In this document: one piece after another, positions 1 to 12,957 of the stretch
Numbering within the stretch: the first letter of the stretch is position 1
Layout of the letters: each line of letters begins with the position of its first letter
Origin: Macrostomum lignano
Lineage: Eukaryota
DNA length: 64,000 bases
Assembly (NCBI GenBank): GCA_002269645.1
Contig: NIVC01000460.1
Location: 372,001-436,000 of the forward strand
Reading direction: 5' to 3'
The notes under the pieces: generated by a model
Told to the model about the DNA's origin: nothing
Databases searched by the model: none
The model's input: only the letters and a program-made list of their open reading frames with translations
Position numbers and translations under genes: made by a program

Positions 1-525
1 GTATTTATGTTACCGATATGACTCAAATTGGTTTGCTAAAATGCAATTTTTCAATCTTAACGTCAGCCTGTAAATATGACTTTTGTGCATTCCTCTTCTG
101 AACTAATAATTTTTGTTATTAGCATATCTACAAGTCTACTAGCCTGATAAAAGATGTTTATGTCCTCAATATTGCGTTTTTTTCGTTCTAGCTTTATGTG
201 CTCGTATTTAATTATCGATGATAACTTGTTTAAGTAATATTTTCAGAGCATTGCAAATTGGAAGGCTCTTTGCTTAAATATTTATTTATTAATCTGCTAT
301 CTGATAGGGGCATAGGGTAGATTTCCGAATCTTCTGGTGCGTTTCAGATTGAAAAAATGTGTGCAAGCTCTGCAATTGGAGTTGCATTGTGTCTGGGCGC
401 CACTTTCCTAAATTTTTCTGGCGTCAATATTTATTTTAGGTATTAACTAAGATCTGTTTGAGTTCATTATTTCACTCTTATTATTTAGTTTAGTTATTAT
501 AGACTGCAAATGCAGGGTTGCAGCC

Positions 526-835
526 CTTAGTTAATCCCTCAGAATTAGCGCCGTTTCTTAGTTAATCCCTCAGAATTGGCGCCGTTTCTTAGCTAATCCC
601 TCAGAATTGACGCCGTTTCTTAGTTAATCCCTAAGAATTGGCGCCGTTTCTTAGTTAATCTCTCAGAATTAGCGCCGTTTCTTAGTTAATCCCTCAGAAT
701 TGGCGCTGTTTCTTAGTTAATTCTTCAGAATTGGCGCTGTTTCTTAGATAATCCTTCAGATTTAGCGCTGTTTCTTAGATAATCCTTCAGATTTAGCGCT
801 GTTTCTCACAGTCTCTCAGAATTAGCGCCGTTTCC
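526..835. repeat. Minisatellite, ~31-bp unit (gtttcttagttaatccctcagaattggcgcc), ~10 copies
   Basis: Tandem unit read directly. Confidence 0.9.
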
Positions 836-1864
836 CAGCTCATACTTGTGTTGCTTTCTGCTCCGCTGTCAACTTTTCAGTCCAATCGAAGTACCAAGTT
901 GCTGATCTACCAAATGCTTCAGAAATGTTCTCTCTTTATTTTCATTAGTTCTTTGTTCTGGTTCCGTCACATAGGCATGCAAAAGAGAGCCTCGGCTGTA
1001 GCTTGAATTATTTAGTGTGGCTGGTACCGGGCACATTTTTCAGTAATGTTTTTCATACACTATAATAATAACAGACTAGACAGAAATTAGTGCAGTCGCA
1101 GCTGTAGTGTACTTTTAATGTTGATTTTCTGCCAGACTATTCAGTTGAAGAGCTGCAGATGAATTGGGAATCTGCGGCACTCTCAATCTCTGTGCACTCA
1201 GAGCAGTCAGTCTCCTGACTCAAACACTCCCTGCCCTCTGTGCTGCTCATTTTATTTATGTTAAATAGCCTTCAACCTCTCGCCCATCTCAACCGCTATT
1301 CTCTGCTCCTAGAGTAGATGCTTTTCTACTTCTATTGTCATTGGAGCATCATTTGAAATCCGATCTTCATCTTTCTACTCTCTTCAGCCGCACAGCCTCT
1401 CTCTTCCTAAATACTGCGCCCTCATCACCGCCATACAACTCGTACTGGGTGTGTGAACCGCTGCTTTGCATTCAGTCTAAGTAGCTTAGGGCTTTATTGT
1501 GTATTAATACTTCTGCTTCTAATCAAATTCGCTCGAACAATTGCACCTGTCTGAAGCTCGCTCATCAATCATGCAACTGTATTTCTATAGTATTCTTTGA
1601 AAGTCCATCGGCCTACGCGCGTGAGTTTACTCTGATTTTTTTCGGAAAATGTGTGTTTACTTTCTGTCTACCGTAATTGCCATTCGGCCCTGACTGCAGG
1701 CCCAGGGACACCTTTTGAGGGGGATGCCTGGACTGGAAACCAGATTTGTCATCCGCCTTAAGATATAAAATTATAGTTTTTCCTGTCAAGAAGCACAAAT
1801 ATCAAACTCAGCTCAATAAAGTCATCTCAAGTGGATATGATTGATTGACTGACTGGCGCATTTG

Positions 1865-2024
1865 AGCGATTGTCTAGTGGTCTGGCGCGTCGCTCTGATG
1901 TGCCAGCGACCCAGGCTCGATTCCAAGTTGCAGTCGCATTAATCTGGGACTAAATTGGAATCTCAGCTTAAGTCTCCTCATCAAATTAACGCCACTGAGA
2001 GCCAACCCCCAAGGCACAGTGAAG
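1865..2024 (+). mobile_element. tRNA-derived SINE, 5' portion (copy A)
   Basis: A-box-like TGTCTAGTGG and B-box-like GGCTCGATTCC; ~150 bp clearly similar to 55360-55517. Confidence 0.7.
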
Positions 2025-2720
2025 TTTAAAAGTGTAGATTACCAGTCCAGATAATCCAAAGGTCCCTGACTGCTCACTCTCCTCTCCCTTTAAGCAATAT
2101 ATTGTAGAGCTTCTTTCCTTCCCCATCCAGCATCACGCTTTCCGTTCTTCATCAAGTCGCATTTTTTATTTTCTCCCATTCTTCTGCAACTCTCTTCCCG
2201 AGCATCGCAGTTCCACTGCTTCCCCCGCCCCCCGGGGTGCTCAGTCTCTCTGCTTGAGCACCTCGGGGGTTGCGCCACTTGTTTCTTAGAAAGCAGCCGC
2301 CACTCAATCCCTCCCCGCCTGACTTGGCAGCATGACAGGCTTCTCTTCCCCTCCCTCTCGTCTCCTTGTTCGTGTCATTCCTCTCCCCTCCGTCACTCTC
2401 ATTGGTGGATATGCGGCTGATATAATTCTAGAAAATAGGGCGCATTTTTGTTGCTCGCAACTCGAAGAGAGCAGAGGGCTTTGCTGGAGAAATTTTCTGC
2501 TGACTACAGTATTGAAGTCTGATCCGATTGTTATCGTCTGACTTCTGGTTGCAACAACTGCTTCCTCCATTTCAGCTGATCCGATCGCGTTGCTGAAGAG
2601 CGGCTGGCTTCGCGCCGCCCCCGCCCCCGTTGCTTCCCTCATTTGCTCTTTTTTCTTCTGCTCTGGTCTTCTTCTTGACTCTTCTTTTCATTTTCGTTTT
2701 GAAAACTTGAAGTCTTCCCG

Positions 2721-4623
2721 ATGCGGCCGCAGCAGCAGCAGCAATTCGGCTTTCGTCAATCTTCTTTAGACAGCAGCAACGGAAGCAGCCGAATCGATGT
2801 TTTGCTTCCGGCCTCTCTTTGGCAGCAGAAGCAGCAACAGCAACAACAGCAGAAACAGCAACAGCAACAGCAACAGCAGCTGCCGCAGTCTCCGCCTCAA
2901 GCATTTGGTAGCGGAAATTCTGGAAGACGACAACAGCGAGCCGTAACTGCTAGCGGCTCGGCAAGCAACGGCTGCGGCGGCGGCGGAGCCTCATTCTACA
3001 GCTTCAAGTCTCTGCTAGGCAACGGAATGCACGGCAGCAATGGCAGTTTTTCTACGGCAGACAATCGCTTCAATGGTCAGGTTTCGTCGTCAAGATTTCA
3101 AGCGATTATTGATCAGTATAATCAGGGCAGCGCGGCTCCGCCTCTGCCGCCTCCGCCGCCCTCTCCTCCGCCTCCGCCTCCGCCTCCGCCGCAGCAGCAG
3201 CAGCACCCGTCTGTTGTAATTGGTGGAGGCGGTGACAGCGGCTCAGGGTTCATCATCAATGCTTTTATGCGGCGCCAGTGGACCATGGCTGACAGGCACG
3301 CATCTGCGTCTCCTCTGGCGCAGCCGGCGCCACCTGGCGCTTTGCCGATCGTCCGCGGCGGCAGCGGCGGCGTGCAGAGCTTCTGCCCTCCAGCTAGGAT
3401 GTACACCTACAACGGCAACGCGGCAGCCGGATCTAACGGCGGTCCAGCCGTGATGTTTGAACTGCTTCAGACTGATCGCAGCTTGCAGCAGCAGCCGCAG
3501 CAGCAGCAGCAGCAACAGCAGCAGCATCGCATGCCAGTGACAGGCACTGTAACAGGCTGCGGCCCGGTCTACAGACCCAGCCAGCTGTCCGATCAGCTGT
3601 GCCGGGCGCCGGCTTCTGTTGGCCGGGGCGAGCCCAGCTTGGTGGGCCCGGCTACGAACGGAGTGGAAGATCCGGAAGATGCCGCTGCTAAGCTGGCCGA
3701 GATTCACAAGAAGCTGCAGCAGCTCAGCCTGCAGCAGCAGCAACAACAGCAGCAGCAGCGCCCATCCATGAGTCCCCAGCTGAGCATCTCCTCCGTTGCG
3801 TCATCGTCTTCCACGACGTTCGCCTCACCGGCCGCCGCTGCTGCAGCCGCAGCCGCCGCCGGGCCAGCAAGCGGCAGCCCGCTGCTCTCCGTCCGGGCTC
3901 GGCTGGCCGCTCAACCCACCGGCCGTCCGGCCACCGCATCAGCCGCAGCCGCAGTCTCCGCCGTGACAACCGCGTCAACCTCGACTGGCGGCGGCTTCTC
4001 CGGTTCTTCATCGGTGCCGGCGGCCACCCTCAGAGCCCGCAGCGCGTCGGCAACTGTGCGCGCCAACAGCCGCGCTCATCTGGCCGGCGCCGGCGCCAGC
4101 GAGTCCCGACCGACCTCGGCCGCCTCGTCCACCCTGACCGCTCGTCGGAGCCGCAGCCGCGGCCGCAGCGCGGGCAGTCGGCGCGGCTCAAGTCGCAGCC
4201 GCAGTCGAAGCCGCGCCTCCTATGAAGCCGACGGCGACAGCGACTTCAACGATGTCGACGACGACAATGACGATAGCGATGATGATGACGTCATCAACTG
4301 TCTGGATGACGACGTGGTGAGCGGTAGCGCCGCTTCGCTGAGCCGCTCATCTTCGGCTAGGAATTCTCGACACAACTCGGCCTCGAGCTCGGGACGAGCC
4401 GCCGCTGCCGCATCCGCTGCTGCTCAATCGTTGAACTGCCTGCCGTCGCAGATCGCGTCTCTGTTCCCCGGCGTGCCGCCTGTGTTGAACTTTGCCGGCG
4501 AAGGCGAGTACTTGGAATCGCTGCCTTCTGAACTTCGTCGACTGTTGAAATGGCGGCTGAGCTCCATCACGCCGCTGGTTGTCAAGCGCGTCATCGGGCG
4601 GAGCGGCTTCAAGATATCGCAGA
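2721..4623 (+). CDS. TTLL4: Tubulin monoglutamylase TTLL4-like, exon 1 (low-complexity Q/P/A/S N-terminus and start of TTL domain)
   Basis: Ends LRRLLKWRLSSITPLVVKRVIGRSGFK; donor GTGAGG at 4624 (phase 1). Join 2721-4623, 6631-6707, 9221-9678, 10905-11444, 11713-11989 = 3255 nt, 1084 aa, in frame. Start codon less certain. Confidence 0.88.
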
Positions 4624-4670
4624 GTGAGGAGTGAATTGCTTTTGTTTTTTGTGCTATTTATGATCCCTGG

Positions 4671-5350
4671 GTGTGGTCTGTGTACAGTAGGTGTGCTCTG
4701 TGTACAGTAGGTGTGTTCTGTGTACAGTAGACGTGCTCTGTGTACAGTAGGTGTGCTCTGTGTACAGTAGGTGTGTTCTGTGCACAGTAGGTGTGTTCTG
4801 TGCAGAGTAGGTGTGCTCTGTGTACAGTAGGTGTGCTCTGTGTACAGTAGGTGTGTTCTGTGCACAGTAGGTGTGTTCTGTGCAGAGTAGGTGTGCTCTG
4901 TGTACAGTAGGTGTGTTCTGTGTACAGTAGGTGTGTTCTGTGTACAGTAGGTGTGTTCTGTGTACAGTAGGTGTGTTCTGTGTACAGTAGGTGTGTTCTG
5001 TGTACAGTAGGTGTGTTCTGTGTACAGTAGGTGTGTTCTGTGCACAGTAGGTGTGTTCTGTGCAGAGTAGGTGTGCTCTGTGTACAGTAGGTGTGCTCTG
5101 TGTACAGTAGGTGTGTTCTGTGCACAGTAGGTGTGTTCTGTGCAGAGTAGGTGTGCTCTGTGTACAGTAGGTGTGTTCTGTGTACAGTAGGTGTGTTCTG
5201 TGTACAGTAGGTGTGTTCTGTGTACAGTAGACGTGCTCTGTGTACAGTAGGTGTGTTCTGTGTACAGTAGGTGTGTTCTGTGTACAGTAGATGTGCTCTG
5301 TGTACAGTAGATGTGCTCTTTGTACAGTAGATGTGCTCTGTGTACAGTAG
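4671..5350. repeat. Minisatellite, 20-bp unit (gtgtg(c/t)tctgtgtacagtag), ~34 copies, TTLL4 intron 1
   Basis: Tandem unit read directly. Confidence 0.95.
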
Positions 5351-5599
5351 TTTTCTCTCTGTAGCTACTTTAAAAAGCTGTAAAACTCTTGTCAACGTGT
5401 TTGCTGTTGCAGAGACTGAACCTGGCGATGATCTGGAATCAGTTGGTAAGCTGTCTGCGATCTGTAATGTCCAATACTCGTAAATGTCAACATGACCCAC
5501 TCATTGCTTTATTGGTAGATCTTTCTAACTCAATTCTCAAAAATGAGAAAAGATTTTCTATATTTCCAGACAATTAGGTTTCACCATCTTGATATCTGC

Positions 5600-6010
5600 T
5601 CATTATCTACCGGTAGATGTCTATCTACTCTCCATCTAGATGTCTACTCCCACAATACAAAATGTCTAATCTTTATCTAGGTGTCTTCTCTCACTGTCTA
5701 GATGTCTGCTCTCACTATCTAGATGTCAACTCTCACTATTTAGATGTATACTCTCACTAGCTAGATGTATACTCTCACTAGCTAGATGTCTACTCTCACT
5801 GTCTAGATGTCTACTCTCACTATCTAGATATCTACTCTCACTATCTAGATATCTACTCTCTCTATATAGATATCTACTATCACCATCTAGATGTCTACTC
5901 ACTATCTAGACGTCTACTCTCACTATCTAGATGTCTACTCTTACTATCTAGATGTCTACTCTCACCAACTAGATGCCTAATCTCACCAAATAGATTTCTA
6001 CCCTCACCAA
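5600..6010. repeat. Degenerate ~21-bp minisatellite (ctatctagatgtctactctca)
   Basis: Tandem unit read directly. Confidence 0.85.
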
Positions 6011-6630
6011 CTCGAGGTAACAATTATCCTATCTTGAGATCTACTCTAATTGTCTTGATGTCGAACCCTGACTAATACCATATCTCAACCAGTGTCCTTG
6101 CATCGTTCCCTCTAATCAGAGTTACCCAGCTTCAAATTTAGACACGGGTGGAAAGATTTATCACGGAATTTGCCTTTCCCGTGTGTCAGGTCCGCACCTC
6201 CATCCCCAGCAACTGCCGCTAAGTCCCGGCCTCGAAGCACGCACCAGGAGACTCAATCCGCCCACGAGTTCCACAATCCTAGCTCATCCTCTTAATCCGC
6301 TTAATCCCTAACCAGCATTGCCTTACCTTCCCGAGGCTGTAAATGAAAAAGAAATCCCCGCCTTGAGCTGCCCAGAGCTCTGGGGCATCAGGCCTGCTCT
6401 GCTAACAATATCTGTCTCACTAATTAATGCGATCGACTGCCCGCTTATTTCGGCAGGTTAAAGAGGAAGGAAATGGAAGAGAGGAAGAGGGAGAGAGTGG
6501 AGAGGCACAGTCTGACTAGGAGAGGCGGCTGGAAAAGTGCAATAACACAAATTATTTTGTTAATATTTGCTTAGTTTTGCACTTTTAAATTATGCATAAA
6601 ATATATATTTATACCATCTCTGCGATTCAG

Positions 6631-6707
6631 AATCTGATGATTGGCTCGGCTACTTTGGCAAGCACATGAAGCCGAACGGATTTCGCACTATTCGAGAATA
6701 CCAAAAG
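6631..6707 (+). CDS. TTLL4: TTLL4-like exon 2 (not in the ORF track)
   Basis: attcag acceptor; encodes KSDDWLGYFGKHMKPNGFRTIREYQK (TTLL4 motif); GTAAAG donor. Confidence 0.92.
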
Positions 6708-6824
6708 GTAAAGAGAATATGAGTTGACACTTTTTTTATAAATTTGCTTTTTATTTTGTGAGAAGTCATGACTGCCTGCGGACACACGATATTGGTCGCC
6801 TAGAATTGCTCTGTTTAAAAAGAG

Positions 6825-7585
6825 GAATCGCCCCTCTCTGAGAATCGCCCCTCCCTAAGAATCGCCCTATCATAGAATCGCCTTTCCCTAAGAATCGCCC
6901 TATCATAGAATCGCCTTTCCCTAAGAATCGCCCTTCCCTAAGAATCGCCCCTCCTTGAGAATCGCCCCTCCCTAAGAATAGCCCTCCCTAAGAATCGCCC
7001 CTCCCTAAGAATCGCCCTCCCATAGAATCGCCCCTCCCTAAGAATCGCCCCTCCCTAAGAATCGCCCTCCCATAGAATCGCCCCTCCCTAAGAATCGCCC
7101 CTCCCTAAGAATCGCCCCTCCCTAAGAATCGCCCTCCCATAGAATCGCCCCTCCCTAAGAATCGCCCCTCCTTGAGAATCGCCCTTCCCTAAGAATCGCC
7201 CCTCCCTAAGAATCGCCCCTCCCTGAGAATCGCCCCTCCCTGAGAATCGCCCCTCCCTGAGAATCGCCCCTCCCTGAGAATCGCCCCTCCCTAAGAATCG
7301 CCCTCCCATAGAATCGCCCCTCCCTAAGAATCGCCCTCCCATAGAATCGCCCCTCCCTAAGAATCGCTCTCCCATAGAATCGCCCCTCCCTAAGAATCGC
7401 CCCTCCCTAAGAATCGCCCCTCCCTAAGAATCGCCCCTCCCTGAGAATCGCCCCTCCCTGAGAATCGCCCCTCCCTAAGAATCGCCCTCCCATAGAATCG
7501 CCCCTCCCTGAGAATCACTTATGCTTAGAACGGCCCCTCCCTAATTAATCGGTCTCTCTTTGAGAATCTCCCCTCTAAGAATCGC
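6825..7585. repeat. Minisatellite, 16-17-bp unit (aagaatcgcccctccct), TTLL4 intron 2
   Basis: Tandem unit read directly. Confidence 0.95.
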
Positions 7586-8154
7586 CGGTCTGTCTGATAG
7601 CGCCAACCGTAGAATTGAAGCTAAAAGGACACACGCATAAATGATTGAATTGGGGGGGGGGGAGAACTGACTGGACTCTGGGAATCCGGATATTTTCGAG
7701 TGGAATTCTAGATGCGGGCAGCTTTAGGTTGTCCAAATTGTCACAGGCCTTTTTTCTCTTCATCACTTGCACTCTCGGCCCGAGTCGGCATCAGAAGGAC
7801 GCTCGATCTTATCTTTAACTATTCTCCTGGCATTCTGCCGCTTCCTAACTGTCCCGCTATTTATCTATCGATTTTTTTAGTCCCATCGCTATGTTAGATG
7901 TTATTCTCTCTCCTAAAGTCAATGTTTGAGCAAAATGATTTGCAAAATTTCCTATCAGCTCTATTATTTCTACCGTAATCTTACTTAGAAAGTGCATTAC
8001 TATTGTTACAGTAATTTCTGAAGAATATTTAAACACCGGGATTGACTTTCTGCTATGGTAAAGTACTCATTCTCTGAAATATAATAAAATGAGATTACTG
8101 GGTAATGGGCTGTTGAATTATTGACCGTAGTTGGGTAATAATATAATACTTGAT

Positions 8155-8450
8155 TCTGTAACACAGCAACTGGATTCTGTAATATTGAAGCAACTGGATT
8201 CTGTAATATTACAGTAACTGGGATTCTGTAATATTGCAGCAACTGGATTCTGTAATATTAGAGTAACTGGGATTCTGTAATATTACAGTAACTGGGATTC
8301 TGTAATATTACAGTAACTGGGATTATGTAATATTACAATAACTGGGATTCTGTAATATTACAGTAACTGGGATTCTGTAATATTACAGTAACTGGGATTC
8401 TGTAATATTACAGCAACTGGAATCTGTGACATTACGGCTACTGGATTCTG
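8155..8450. repeat. Minisatellite, ~25-bp unit containing the 14-bp palindrome ctgtaatattacag
   Basis: Tandem unit read directly. Confidence 0.9.
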
Positions 8451-8774
8451 TATATGTCTTCTATATTACGCATATTTAATTACAAGTTCGCGCGGGCTTG
8501 TGCAATTAATAAAGCAATCCCTCACAGCCCGAGCTTCTTAGCTTACATATCGCTGCAGATTCATCTTTTGATTAAGCCATAATTTAATAATAGTATGCTT
8601 TACATGCATTGTATATCAATTTGCAGCTGATTGGTTATTATTGTAAATCTCAGTAAAGGCATTTAGACCGAATGATAATGTCTTACTCTTATTAAAGAGG
8701 AGTAGCGTTAGTAAAAGTGTACCGCAAGTGTACATGTATGCATTTCCAGATGTAAAAACTGTGTACATTTTCTG

Positions 8775-9200
8775 TTGTTTACAGGGTGTGCATTCCAGGG
8801 TGTACATAGTGCGTACGTTGCCAGTGTACATAGTCGGGTATACATATTATGTACATAGTTGGTTTACATAGTGTGTACGTTGCCAGTGTACATAGTCGGA
8901 TATACATATTATGTACATAGTTGGTTTACATAGTGTGTACGTTGCCAGTGTACATAGTCGGGTATACATTATGTACATGTTGGTTTACATAGTGTGTACA
9001 TCATCAGGTGTGGATATCTTGTACAGTGCCAGATGTACATATCGTGTACAGTGCCATATGTACATAGTGTGTACATTACCGGGTGTACATAGTGCGTACA
9101 TTTCCAGGTGTACATAGTGTGTACATTTCCAGGTGTACATAGTGCGTACATTACCGGGTAAACATAGTGTGTACATTACCAGGTGTACATAATGCGTACA
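8775..9200. repeat. Degenerate TGTACA(T)-core minisatellite ending at the exon 3 acceptor
   Basis: Repeated gtgtacatag / cgtacat units. Confidence 0.85.
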
Positions 9201-9220
9201 TTGCCGCGCCTCTCCCACAG

Positions 9221-9678
9221 GTGAACCACTTTCCCGGCAGCTTCATTCTAGGCCGAAAGGACCGCCTATGGAAGGGTCTGCAGCGAATGCAGCGATTGCA
9301 CGGTCGCAAAGCGTTCGGCTTCGCCCCCACCACCTACTGCCTGCCGGGCGACCTGAAGGAGTTCAAAGCCGCGTGGGACGCCGCCTCAGTCGGCACGGCG
9401 CAGCAACAGCAGCAGCGCTGGATTATCAAACCGCCCGCCAGCGCCAGGGGCATCGGCATCCGGGTGGTGAACAAGTGGCAGCAGATACCCAAGAAGCGGC
9501 CTGTAATAGTGCAGACTTACCTGTCTCGGCCCTACCTGATCAACGGCAGCAAGTTCGATTTAAGAATCTACGTCTATGTTACTTCGTTCGAGCCGTTGAA
9601 GTTCTACGTGCACGAGCAGGGTCTGGTCCGCTTTGCCAGCGTGCAGTACAGCCAGTCCAGCAAGACCCTTGGCAATAG
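9221..9678 (+). CDS. TTLL4: TTLL4-like exon 3 (TTL ATP-grasp core)
   Basis: VNHFPGSFILGRKDRLW, WIIKPPASARGIGI, KFDLRIYVYVTS, GLVRFAS; cccacag acceptor, GTGAGG donor (phase 2). Confidence 0.95.
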
Positions 9679-9779
9679 GTGAGGATTCACCTAATAAGAT
9701 ATTTGCAACTGCTCTCTCAACTTCCTAAATAAGTGACTCTTGCGCCACCAAAGTTCACGCGATTCACGCCGATGATGGT

Positions 9780-10877
9780 CCATGAGAATCGGCCTCTAAT
9801 CTCCATGAGAATCGGCCTCTAATCTCCATGAGAATCGGCCTCTAATCTCCATGAGAATTGGCCTCTTAACTCCATGAGAATCGGCCTCTTAACTCCATGA
9901 GAATCAGCCTCTAATCTCCATGAGAATCGGCCTCTAATCTCCATGAGAATCGGCCTCTAATCTCCATGAGAATTGGCCTCTTAACTCCATGAGAATCGGC
10001 CTCTTAACTCCATGAGAATCAGCCTCTAATCTCCATGAGAATCGGCCTCTAATCTCCATGAGAATCGGCCTCTAATCTCCATGAGAATTGGCCTCTTAAC
10101 TCCATGAGAATCGGCCTCTTAACTCCATGAGAATCAGCCTCTAATCTCCATGAGAATCGGCCTCTAATCTCCATGAGAATCGGCCTCTAATCTCCATGAG
10201 AATTGGCCTCTTAACTCCATGAGAATCGGCCTCTAATCTCAATGAGAATCGGCCTCTAACCTCCATGAGAATCGGCCTCTAATCTCCATGAGAATCGCCC
10301 TCTAACCTCCATTAAAATCGCCCTCTAGTCTCCATGAGAATCGCCCTCTAACCTCCATTAAAATCGCCCTCTAGTCTCCATGAGAATCGGCCTCTAACCT
10401 CCATGAGAATCGGCCTCTAACCTCCATGAGAATCGGCCTCTAACCTCCATGAGAGTCGGCCGCTAATCTCCATGAGAATCGGCCTCTAACCTCCATTAAA
10501 ATCGCCTTCTAATCTCCATGAGAATCGGCCTCTAGCCTCCATTAAAATCGCCCTCTAGTCTCCATGAGAATCGCCCTCTAGTCTCCATGAGAATCGGCCT
10601 CTAACCTCCATGAGAATCGGCCTCTAAACTCCATGAGAATCGGCCTCTAAACTCCATGAGAATCGGTCTCTAACCTCCATGAGAATCTCTTTTTAAACTC
10701 CACGAGAATCACCTTCTCAACTCCATGAGAATCGCCTTCTCAACTCCACGAGAATCACCTTCTCAACTCCACGAGAATCACCTTCTCAACTCCATGAGAA
10801 TCGCCTTCTCAACTCCATGAGAATCGCCTTCTCAACTCCACGAGAATCACCTTCTCAACTCCATGAGAATCGCCCTC
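9780..10877. repeat. Minisatellite, ~23-bp unit (ctccatgagaatcggcctctaat), TTLL4 intron 3
   Basis: Tandem unit read directly. Confidence 0.95.
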
Positions 10878-10904
10878 CAAACTGCCACCCCATTCTCCGC
10901 CCAG

Positions 10905-11444
10905 GTTCATGCACCTGACCAACTACAGCGTGAACAAGCACAGCGCCTCCTACACAAACGGAAACCCAACCGGCTCAGCTAACTCTGGCAGCAAAGGCGG
11001 CGGCGGCAGTGCTGATGGCGAAGGCCACAAGTGGAGCCTGCAATCTCTGTGGGCTTACCTGCGCCGTTGCGGCCAGAGTCCCGAACGAGTCTGGGATTCG
11101 ATCAAGGACCTGGTGGCTAAAACTATGATTAGCGGCGAGTCGCATATAGCCGCTCAAGTTCGGTTGCTATGCCGCAGGCAGTACTGCGTGCACGAACTAT
11201 TCGGTCTGGATGTACTTTTAGATGACCAACTGCAGCCCTGGCTGCTCGAGGTTAATATTTCTCCGTCTCTGCACAGCAACTCACCGTTGGACGTTCGAGT
11301 CAAAGGTGCCATGGTGACCGACTTGATGAGGCTGGCCGGGTTCCAGCTGCCAACTGGGCCGCCCTGGCCAGATGACTACAGCCCGACTGAGGAGGAGAGA
11401 GCGAAGCGAGTCTATCATACGGAGCAGAAGGCCTGGCAGGATAG
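10905..11444 (+). CDS. TTLL4: TTLL4-like exon 4
   Basis: FMHLTNYSVNK, HELFGLDVLLD, PWLLEVNISPSLH; cccag acceptor, GTTCGT donor (phase 2). Confidence 0.93.
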
Positions 11445-11474
11445 GTTCGTTGTCACGGAGTGTTGTGATCCCTG

Positions 11475-11660
11475 ATTGAGGATTTGGGATGTGTTGCGAT
11501 GTGTTGGGATCCCTGAATGAGTATTTAGAATGTGTTGGGATCCTCAATGAGGTGTTGGGATGTGTTGGGATCCCTCATTAAGGAATTGGGATGTGTTGGG
11601 ATCCCTAATTGAGGATTTGGGATCTGGGAGGCTGGCCCAGCAACTGAGGATCTGGGACGT
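11475..11660. repeat. Short degenerate repeat (gaggatttgggatgtgttgggatccct), TTLL4 intron 4
   Basis: Read directly; shares the TGAGGATTTGGGAT core with the 17520-18350 array. Confidence 0.7.
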
Positions 11661-11712
11661 GAGAAAACTCACGCCATCGCGCCACCAGCTCTGCACCCTT
11701 CGATTCCCGCAG

Positions 11713-11989
11713 ACTGGGCAGCCTGCTGGACTGCCTGACGCCGTCCGACATTCGCTGTCTGGCGCACTCGCTGGACGAGTTCGGCCGGGCCGGTGGCTTC
11801 CAGCGAATCCTGCCGGTTGGCGGGGACCGGGGCCTGCAGTACCTGCGCTACATGGACCAGCCCAGGTACTCCAACCTGCTGCTGCACTGCTTTCTCACCT
11901 GTCACGGCCGGCGCGAAGGAATCGAACTCGTATCGGCTTTATGGCGCCGAGGCGCGCACCTGCCAGGCGGCGCCAGCAGGTCGTCTTGA
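11713..11989 (+). CDS. TTLL4: TTLL4-like exon 5 (C-terminal region)
   Basis: ttcccgcag acceptor; LLDCLTPSDIRCLAHSLDEFGRAGGFQRILP...YLRYMDQPRYSNLLL matches the TTLL4 C-terminal motif; TGA 11987-11989. Confidence 0.85.
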
Positions 11990-12104
11990 AGCGCGCCGAG
12001 AAATGGCGCCATTGGATGAAAAAGAATCTCAACGAGTTGGCTTCAACTGCGTGAATCCTCAGTGCCGAATTTTCAGATTAAGTGCGACTTGGGATCAGAG
12101 CGTG

Positions 12105-12520
12105 AATGAGGATCAGGTGTGAATGGGGGATCAGTGGTGTGAATGGGGGATCAGTGGTGTGAATAGGGGATCAGTGGTGTGAATGGGGGATCAGTGGTGT
12201 GAATGGGGGATCAGTGGTGTGAATGGAGGATCAGTGGTGTGAATAGGGGATCAGTGGTGTGAATGGAGGATCAGTGGTGTGAATAGGGGATCAGTGGTGT
12301 GAATGGAGGATCAGTAGTGTGAATAGGGGATCAGTGGTGTGAATGGGGGATCAGGGTGTGAATGGAGGATCAGGGTGTGAATGGGGGATCAGGGTGTGAA
12401 TGGAGGATCAGGGTGTGAATGGGGGATCAGGGTGTGAATGGGGGATCAGGGTGTGAATGGGGGATCAGGGTGTGAATAGGGGATCAGGGTGTGAATAGGG
12501 GATCAGGGTGTGAATGGGGG
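12105..12520. repeat. Minisatellite, 18-20-bp unit (gtgtgaatgggggatcag(tg))
   Basis: Tandem unit read directly. Confidence 0.93.
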
Positions 12521-12790
12521 GTCAAACCAGATTTCGAAACGACCTTTTGCAGTTAGTATATTTTGACACAGAATTCAACTATGATTTGCGATGATTTCCT
12601 GTCTTTCGAAGGATCCAGTTATCTCGTGAATCTCAGCTTTCCCCTCGGCACTGTGAACAGATCCTAGCCGAGTTATGTGTGATGACCTTCTCTTGTATCT
12701 AAAGGGCTTTCAACCTCTTGTTATTTAAGAAAAGTATGCATTGCAGATTCCAAGTGAATTTTGCTGGTACACGTACGCTCAGATTTTATT

Positions 12791-12957
12791 GCAATCGTTA
12801 CTCTCTGAGTAAGGGGTGTTAGACGCGCCGGAGGGTGCCGCTGTACATATCGCTGTACTTTGGCGGGGGGTTGAGGTGTGGGGGTTGGCCACGCCAGCCA
12901 GCTTAAAGCCTCTGCACCCGGCCCGGCTTGGCTCCGCCGCCATTTCTCAATTTTTTT
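12791..12957 (+). repeat. Split direct repeat A1
   Basis: Identical to 16861-17027. Confidence 0.95.

Noticed and set aside
1865-1935. tRNA gene (also 55355-55425)
   Set aside because: No closed acceptor stem or canonical anticodon arm, and similarity between copies continues beyond the tRNA part, so these are SINE heads
2090-2904. Minus-strand ORFs upstream of or overlapping the TTLL4 start
   Set aside because: Low-complexity antisense frames with no motifs or consistent splice pattern
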